Shown: in pieces, positions 53,801 through 64,000 of the stretch
Position numbering within the stretch: the stretch's first letter is position 1
How the letters are laid out: each line of letters begins with the position of its first letter
NCBI GenBank assembly: GCA_951406725.2
Contig: OX597820.1
Location: 27,838,001 to 27,902,000 of the forward strand
Source of the DNA: Octopus vulgaris
Taxonomy: Eukaryota
Direction of reading: 5' to 3'
Length of the DNA stretch: 64,000 nt
Position numbers and translations under genes: made by a program
Notes under the pieces: model-generated
Told to the model about the DNA's origin: nothing
Seen by the model: the letters and a program-made list of their open reading frames with translations, nothing else
Database searches by the model: none

Positions 53801-54699
53801 AATTTTGTTAACATCTTCGTTCGACTCCATTCTTTCATTTATTCATATATAATACATAAATTTCTGCAAATGAACCCGGAGTTTACCACGCACACATACC
53901 TGTTCCTGTTACCTTGACATTTGAACAATATTTCTCTTCCGGTTATTCATGTTCGTCCGAGAGCAAACGAATGAGAGAAAGTAAGGTTGACAGTTTAGGT
54001 GAAGGCTGGTAAAGTTTGTTTCGAATTTCCTTCAGAATAAAAGTTGTGTCCCATATAAACCACAACTAACTTAGGTCTTTAAAAAGATTTAAAAATGAAA
54101 GAGAAATATATGGTAAAATTCAGTGTATAAGTGTAAGGCTCATATGACGAGCTTAGAATGAGTAAGATTATTTGTACAGCTAAAGATATATAAAAGAACA
54201 GCGTAAAGAAAAAGAAAAAAAACGAAAGCCTTAAAAAATGACTAATAATTGCAAATAAATACAGAACGTCTCCCGTCGCTTAAACATAACAAACACGATG
54301 ATGATAAATTATAAATTTACAACCTGCAGGAGCTCACAATTGGAAAGACAATAATTTAGTGGACTGGAGATAAAATAGCTGTACTTGTTTGTCAATGAAT
54401 CGATATTATCCCGCTGTAAGGCGCGTAGGATATTAAAATGCTGTGTTTCAGTATGGTTGAAATATTGGAAGCTAGGCACCAAAAGTATGAAACGCCTTGG
54501 AGAATTCATCTGTACTAAAAGTAAATTTATTCTATGAAACATTAATAGTGGCAGTTCGTGAGGATTGTACCAGAATGGTCCATCAGATGCTTTGAATATC
54601 TTAAACTAACCAACTCAACCTTTAATTTTAGCCAGAGTTTTGTGCAAAGCAAAAATCGTCCAACCAAAACATGCGCGCGCACACACATGCATATATAAA

Positions 54700-56178
<1,479 letters not shown>

Positions 56179-56819
56179 ATATATACATACACGCAGAGAC
56201 ACATACACATACATATTTCTATTTATACATATTTATATTTATATATACTTCTTCCGTTACATAATAGGGACCTCTTGGCTCGGTTGAAACATGTGTAGTA
56301 TTTGATTTAATTTTTAGTTACAGACTTGATTATTGCATGATAAGAAACATTTTCTGCTTTCGAATTGGTGTTGTACAGGGTTTGTCATAGTATCGGAATT
56401 TTCTGCGTAATCTCGATATGAGATAAAGTATATTTAATGTGTTGATTAATAAATTTGACTGAGGAATTATCAAGTCATTCGTATCTTCTATGCAAGCCTT
56501 GTTTATGCGAGAGATTAATCAACTGTATTTACCAAGATAATTGAGACTAATCCTGCTGCAACATATACAGGGGTGTGTAAAAATATGTACACAGTTACAT
56601 GATATGAGGGGAATAATTTCATCTCTCTATTTCCTGTACTTTCCACTCATTCCACTTATATCAAGCAACTGCATACCTATATTTGCCCAGCAATGTGTGT
56701 GTGTGTTTGTGCATATAGAGAGAAAGAGGGAGAGAGAGAAAGATAGATAAATAGATAGATAAACAAACAGAGAGACAGAGTAATAGATAGATATATAGAT
56801 AGATATATAGATAGATAAG

Positions 56820-56850
<31 letters not shown>

Positions 56851-56859
56851 CTAGCTAGC

Positions 56860-56916
<57 letters not shown>

Positions 56917-56918
<2 letters not shown>

Positions 56919-57276
56919 GTTTCTTTATTAGCCACACAGGGCTGCACACAGATGGGACAAGTTACAAGGTAGAGCTTTTCTTTTGGGGGATGAAAAAAAG
57001 GGGGTGGCGTAGGTTTTCGATCAAGAGGGATCGTAAAAGGGAAGAAAAGAACAAAAATAAATAAATAAATAAATAAAAAAATAGAATAAAAAATAAAAAG
57101 AATAAAAGAAAAAAAGAAAGGGAAAGGAACAAAAGAAAAGAGAAATGAAAAAAGAAGAAAAAGGGGGAAAAAAAGGGGAAGAGGAAAAAAAAAGGAACGA
57201 TCAATAGGGATCGTGTATCACAGTGTTATGATATATGGTGTAAAGGGGAAAGCAAGTAAGGTTTATCCGTGGGAAG

Positions 57277-57369
<93 letters not shown>

Positions 57370-57555
57370 CTTTCTTTATTGGCCACACAGGGCTGAATAC
57401 AGAGGGGACAAATACAAATGTAGAGATTTTCTTTTCGAAGATGGAGAAAGAAAAAAAGAAAAAAAAAGGAGACAAATTTAAAATTCCGATCAAAAGGGAT
57501 CGGGGTGAAAAAAAGGCGATCAAAATGGATCGTGTATCACAGAAACAATTTTGTT

Positions 57556-57556
<1 letters not shown>
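56917..57556 (-). mobile_element. Two 3' UTR fragments of an L1/Tx1-like LINE, each inserted in (GATA)n
   Basis: 56917-57280 and 57367-57556 share the rc tail TGTCCC.TCTGT...CAGCCCTGTGTGGC.AATAAAGAAA and GGATCGTGTATCACAG. (GATA)n on all sides. Clade is inferred. Confidence 0.6.
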
Positions 57557-57647
<91 letters not shown>

Positions 57648-57729
57648 AATGCGTTGTTGTGTCTAGAAACTACGAGTTTCATTAAGATATTGCAAACGCT
57701 TGATGGCAACCAGTGATTCTATCAGGGCC

Positions 57730-58830
57730 ATCCAATCGTCGATGTTCGATATTTATGGTATCATGGTAAGTTGAAACAAGCAGACAGGATGACAGGACAA
57801 TGGAGAATGAATATATGCGCACTGAATGAAGCTAGACATAATGGAATGGATCAAATTTCAACGAAGGCAATACATGATTATCTTTCTTAATAAAGGTAAT
57901 ATGCAGAATAACGGCATCTCTTCATTTTGAATAAACAATGTTTCTACATCAATAATTGAATAGAAACATTTAGATAACGATGGAACGCTTTTAGTGAAGC
58001 TTAAACCTATGAAATGTAATACCTATATATTTTTTCGCTATATATAAAATGTGGCTACATATATAATGCGTCCAATGAAAAGAGATTATTTCTTCCAATT
58101 GTTTCTAAGGGGAATTGATCGTATATCTGTAAGTAGTATGAAAATTGTGATTGATGATCTGAATGCGAAAGCTGGCTGTAACGTTGAATATATGAAACGG
58201 AAAAAGCATAAGCAGAGGATTGGAGTTGCTTAGAAAAATGTTAATTTAAGACTGAACAGTTTCTGTGAAGCCAACATTATCAAAGAAGTAACTATCTCCT
58301 TAAACACAGGTTATCCATAAAAATACTTGAACATCTCCAGATAAAAATTATTGTAATCAATCACATTTTTATAAATCATTTACGTCAAAAAATAACGTAT
58401 AGATGTTTGAATATATCGAGGTGCAAATATAAGAACTGAACATCAGTTAGTAACAGGCGCGATTAAGTTAAAGCTAAGGAAACATAGAGCAGATTATCTG
58501 ATTTCATACAAGATTATAGGATGAAAAATGAATTCTTAATTGAATGTGGAATCGATTTGAAATGTAAGAAGCTATAGACGAAGAAATAAGTTCTCGGCAG
58601 AGAAAAAGAAGGGAAAGGATTCAGATAAAAAATGGGAAGGCATTCAGGCACGGACGAAACAAAAATAACTTCTTGAATGTAGGAGAAGATATAGGTTAGA
58701 TCTTAAACTGGAAATGGATAAATATTGGAGATTCAATAGCGGTAAAAAGAAGTACAGAAAAAATAGTATTCTTGAAAGTGAAGTAATAAATGAGATTACA
58801 ACACAAGAAAGAGATAAAAACAACTAATTG
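57730..58830 (+). mobile_element. Decayed LINE AP-endonuclease region (RTE-like)
   Basis: IVIDDLNAKAG (GDLNA), T*TSPD (TW.SPD), NQ..HI and YRGANIRTEHQLV (SDH motif) occur in the expected order. Confidence 0.75.
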
Positions 58831-59425
58831 TGTTTAGTACTGATAGTGAAGTAATAACATTTGATATATATACATATCCAAGAAAGTTGGTAAGAACTTT
58901 TTAGTAGTAAAAAATGTATTTAATGAAGAAAATGCTCTGATAATTCCTGAACCATAAGAGGCGTTGTAAGTGTAAGAACTATTCCAGAAAAAGCAAGTTC
59001 CTTTCACCAATTAAGACCTGATATCCTCCAGAATTACATGAATTTGCAGAAGAATAATCTAATACTTCAAATAGTTCATGATGCGAGAAATATCAGAGTT
59101 AGAACCACGTAACTGAGGAAAAGTAATAACGAAAAGGCCAAAGCGGAATGAATTTGATTTCTGATTATTAGATCAGTCATAATTATTAAGTCAGCCCTGA
59201 GCTCATAAAGCCGGAGCCATATCTAATTTGTATGGCATCTAAATATGCCAAATTTCAATACTTCGCAGAACGGTTCGCTGCTCCATCTCAGCATTAACTT
59301 CCCAGCTTTTGCTGGATCTGATTTATAGCTGAGTGGATCGAGTTACATGAAAGGGAGTAAAGGGAGTATTGTTCTCAAGAACAAAACGGACTGCTATATT
59401 CTAGAATGGAAACTACGATCGTTAA

Positions 59426-59948
59426 CCCCTTGACGCCGGTAGTTTCCGAAGCATGCAAGACACTGCTCCGGTTTTTTTTTTATCTAATGAGGCCACACAA
59501 ACACACAAGTGCCAACGAACTCGCGTCTATTTACGTTCACCGTTACAATAACACAGCATTGTACATTTACGTCTACCAGTTTATGAAAACGAACTATGTG
59601 AAGCTATTTATCATAATATGATATGCACGAGTTATTCTGCTCAAGTTCAGAAAATAGCTTGCATGTGGTACAACTCAAAACACGGTATTATGCATGTAAA
59701 TATCCGTATGTCATTGGTCTTCTGCTAGTCTCATGACTTGATGATAACCTAAAATAGCTAAGATAATGCACGGGACTGCAAGCGAGCACACCTCAAGAGA
59801 TAAAGTACACGATAGCGAACGTAACCATACGTCAGCCGCTAAAATGTCCGTGATAGATGTAGGGCAGCTCTACATCGTATCTTTACGTTAACCGCGGATA
59901 GGCAAGCAAAAGTGTGATCACATATTTGCGTCAACCGTTGACAAGGGT
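59426..59948. mobile_element. piggyBac-like MITE inserted in a family D-like SINE head
   Basis: TTAA at 59422-59425 and 59949-59952; imperfect TIRs CCCCTTGACGCCGGT / rc ACCCTTGTCAACGGT. The host SINE (about 59270-59985, minus) resumes on both sides. Confidence 0.75.
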
Positions 59949-60706
59949 TTAAATATCAAGGGCAACATCCTAACCACTAAATTATTCGTCTTTCTGACTA
60001 AGAGACAAAAATAAATTCTGCACTTGTCCTCAGAGTATAACGTCCAGCCCATGATCTGAAGCCATGGTACGGATTCACCCGGTAATGAAGATCATTTAAC
60101 AAGAAATAAATACAAATAAAGCAACAACAAAGATGCATAATTGAATCTCTGCTCCTTGTCTACACGAATACAAGTATTTCCTCACATACATACAAAACTT
60201 AATTTCTTTCCCACCAAAATCATGCAGCCCCGATACGTAATACAAAATAAGCTTTCCAATTCAGTTTTTGATTGGTTGGTTACAAAACAAATAATTCGGC
60301 AAGTGGGTACGAAGATCAATAAGAACACTGACATTAATATTCATTGAAGGAAGGTAAGTTTGTTATACATATATTTATAAATATTTATATGGAAATATCA
60401 ACAGGGATTTATTAAATTCCACATTTCTTTTATTCTGTTACTCCGCCCACAAACAACTCGATTTGCTCCAATCACAGAGAAAACTGATATGTTCGTTGGA
60501 TTATTCACAGACAGGCAAAGCTAAATTTTTAGTAGAATTTCGAAGTTACTGCTAGTTTTTCTTCTATAGAAATATATTTTATAATGATATTTCCACTTAA
60601 ATTTGCGAATGCCTGCTTGAAAAATTTTACCAAACACACACACACACTCACAAACACACACATACACACACACACACAAGCACACACACACACACATACA
60701 CATACT

Positions 60707-60751
<45 letters not shown>

Positions 60752-61089
60752 ACACATATATATAAGAAAAAGAGATGACAGGATAAACAATTGTTAAGAT
60801 ACGAACTTCATTAGCTAACAGCTCTTTCTGTTATAACATGTAGTGGACTCGTAGCCGAGTGCCTGAATAACATCCTATAGCTTCAGCAGAATCTCAAATA
60901 TGAAGGGCAATCTATTTGGAAAAAAACAATTAGAATTGTGTAATACGCAAGGAAAGCATTACCACTGAAAATGTAATAATTGATGTTTATAAAAAATCAT
61001 GTCCAAAAGCCAATTCGATTTACTAGCAGAAAAAGCAGAAAGCATATACGCATATATACACATACGTCGCATATGAATATATACAAATA

Positions 61090-61373
61090 CCCGGGATTAT
61101 TTGTCTCAAAGGGGTCAGAAGGTCTTTCCCGAGTTATAGTGTCATAAGAGCTGCTTCCCCGAATTCTTGGCTTATACATTCCCGAATTCTTGGCTTATAT
61201 GTCCCGAATATTGGCTTGTTGCAGGGATTCTCACTTTTGCCAAGTGAGAGGAATGGAGTAAGGTGAAATGACAGGTTTGTGTCAAGTACATAAGGATTCG
61301 CCTGGTTCAGGATTAGAAACGACAGTTTTAAGATCACGACTACAATTCACTAACCACTGAGTCACACTCGTCC
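61090..61373 (-). mobile_element. Old tRNA/CORE-like SINE with internal 22-23-bp tandem x3
   Basis: rc head GTGACTCAGTGGTTAG; CCCGAAT(T/A)(C)TTGGCTT repeated at 61158, 61181 and 61203. Confidence 0.55.
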
Positions 61374-61488
61374 AAATGTACATACATATATGTTTACATT
61401 CATGCGAGCATCTATTTATGTATGTATGTATGTATGTATGTATGTATGTATGTATGTATGTATGTATGTATGTATGTATGTATGTATG

Positions 61489-61604
<116 letters not shown>

Positions 61605-61985
61605 TTAAATGCAGCACATCAAACATATTTCAACCTTAGACACCTCGAAAAAAGAAAATCCAGAACCCTATCGGCATTGATCTGGAGATTTCAGTACGAG
61701 ATAAATTTCAACATCAAATAGAGCTTCCTTTGCAAGAGGATCACTTATAACCAGGGATCAAAAATACCCCCCGTATTCTCACTTGAAAAACTGCATCTTT
61801 TACAAAAATTCAATAATGTACAATTACTGCATAAATAGCAGAAACAAGTTAGTTTCTCATGTCCTCGTTTTAGAAACCATATCTTAGCGGGAACTTAGGA
61901 TAAAACATTCAATGTTAAAATGCACCTCAGTGTTGGTTAGTATTATCGTTATAGTGTTTTTATATATATATATATATATATATAT

Positions 61986-62390
61986 TACTCTTTACTCTTT
62001 TACTCTTTTACTTGTTTCAGTCATTTGACTGTGGCCATGCTGGAGCACCACCTTTTAGTCGAGCAAATCGACCCCAGGACTTATTCTTTGTAAGCCTAGT
62101 ACTTATTCTATCGGTCTCTTTTTGCCGAACCGCTAAGTAACGGGAACATAAACACACCAGCATCGGTTGTCAAGCGATACAGACACACAAACACGCACAC
62201 ACACATATATATACATACATACATATATACGACGGGCTTCTTTCAGTTTCCGTCAACCAAATCCACTCACAAGGCTTTGGTCGGCCCGGGGCTATAGTAG
62301 AAGACACTTACCCAAGGTGCCACGCAGTGGAAATGAACCCGGTACCATGTGGTTGGTAAGCAAGCTACTTACCACACAGCCACTCCTACG

Positions 62391-62393
<3 letters not shown>
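61986..62393 (-). mobile_element. SINE family B, full length, young
   Basis: Close match to the rc of 49556-50063, with a (TTTACTC)n tail. Confidence 0.92.
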
Positions 62394-62428
<35 letters not shown>

Positions 62429-63256
62429 CAATAAGAGGCTTCCAAATAGGAAAGCGTTGTGCTAGAAAGAGCAGTAGAAATCTCAAGAACACAAAAAAGG
62501 ATAAATTCACGAAATCGTTTTTTGTGCTAGGCCACTGGTAATAATAATTTATTATTACCCTATCTTATTACGTATATATATATATATATATTATATGTAA
62601 AATTACAAAATGCTTGCCCGCTATGTTAGTGCACTTAAGGACCATTAACTGAAATGCGAATATTTTACTTTCAGTACTATAAATTGTTTCATTCACTAAT
62701 AATAGCTTTTAAAGAAAATTTCAGTCAAATATCTCGTACCATGTAATAACAGTATTAGCTATACAATAGTTTACTGGTTTAATAAAACGCAGTATTAAAT
62801 AAGTTGGTTTAAACTTTACGGAGGATGAAAGCAAGAATGAAATAAACGGAAATTTCCAAAGAAAATAATCGATAATGTCTTTGATATTTTGAATTTCTAT
62901 GATACTTGTGCATGTTTAGCCTATCTTCACATATGCTTTCTTTGTGATTGGTTGATGTTTCGAAATTCCCGAAAGGTCTCAGACACGACTCCTGTAGATT
63001 TCATCTCTTTAAAGTCATGTAGGTTCCAATATCGTATCGAACATTTCAAACGAGTGATACCTAAACATCGAAAGATGAGTAGGAATCAAACGACATCTCT
63101 TATTGATTATGCCTTTAAGAGTCATAGAACATTTTATATAAAGTTGACAGCATATCAGTATATATATATATATATATACTGATATAACTTTAAATAAAAT
63201 GTTATATATTTTAAATAAAATATATATAAAATATATAAAATATATATATATATAAT

Positions 63257-63319
<63 letters not shown>

Positions 63320-63384
63320 TAATATATATATATATGCATATGTATATATATATACGTACGCATATATTTCTTTATGTATAGAGA

Positions 63385-63750
63385 GAGAGCAATAAGAAAA
63401 TGGAGGGGATCAATAGGTGGTATTCATCATCTTTTATATATCAACTTTCATATTATGTCAATTTATTTATTTACTAAAAGGACAATTATAACAATATACA
63501 TACATGTATAACATATTATACTTTACATATATAATATATAAAATATAAAATATCAGTAATTATTAAAATATATAACATAGAGCAATAGGAATTGTGATAA
63601 TATCTTACTGCTGTTTCAGCCAAGAAGCAATAATACATCATTCTACTTTTTACCCCTCCAGTGGTCTAAAGTATTTAGTAAATATAATTGAGGTACTTTG
63701 GTGTGTCTCTAGGTTCCGTCAGACATTTTAGAAAGTACATAAGGTTAACT
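63385..63750 (-). mobile_element. Probable Penelope-like remnant with degenerate hammerhead
   Basis: rc AATGT-CTGACGG...GGCT-GAAA-CAGCAG-TA-AGATATT (63598-63728). Bounded by microsatellites. Confidence 0.45.
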
Positions 63751-63945
63751 TATAAATATAAATACACACATATATATATATACTTTTACATATACATACA
63801 TATGCATAAATATACATAAATATAAATACACACACATATATAAATACTTTTACATATACATACATATGCATAAATATACATAACTACATATACCTACACT
63901 TAAATGCAAATGCATATGCGTATTTATATGCATACAAACAAATCA

Positions 63946-63982
<37 letters not shown>

Positions 63983-64000
63983 GATGCATTATATTATTCA

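Larger units (their letters stand above)
52873..53850. mobile_element. ~420-bp inverted repeat pair (52873-53292, 53429-53850), Penelope-like pLTR arrangement
   Basis: Arms are highly similar reverse complements (the same MESNEDVNK ORF is called on both strands), with a 136-bp spacer. Both outer ends are in TA repeats and each arm carries a hammerhead. Confidence 0.8.

Noticed and set aside
52893-53830. Duplicated MESNEDVNK ORF on opposite strands
   Set aside because: By-product of the inverted repeat. It is antisense to the hammerhead and the two copies differ by a frameshift.
61620-61935. Possible DNA transposon fragment
   Set aside because: No partner TIR or coding motif identified by eye.

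Overview
AT-rich, microsatellite-saturated eukaryotic DNA. The tRNA-derived SINE families resemble those of Octopus (recalled, not searched), so an octopus intergenic or intronic region is inferred. No host protein-coding gene is supported. Most ORFs in the track are microsatellite translations; the only ones with recognisable protein motifs are transposon fragments. Content: at least four SINE families (arbitrary labels A-D); decayed LINEs (CR1-group RT, RTE-like endonuclease, two R4/Dong-like C-termini, a Tx1/L1-like 3' UTR); two mariner fossils; a deleted Tc1/mariner element; Tc2/pogo-like and piggyBac-like MITEs; a non-autonomous Helitron; a 5S rRNA pseudogene; and local duplications. Two signals stand out. 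(1) Several unrelated non-coding elements in (TA)n tracts carry type I hammerhead ribozyme motifs, as ~500-bp partial tandems (4.5-5.3 kb, 43 kb) or long inverted pairs (53 kb, 30 kb), suggesting a Penelope-like/retrozyme-like system. (2) SINE A appears to insert into its own head at one fixed nucleotide; both the nested precursor with TSD (31.6 kb) and concatemeric products (34.8 and 51.6 kb) are present. All folds and alignments were done by eye, and boundaries of old elements are approximate.
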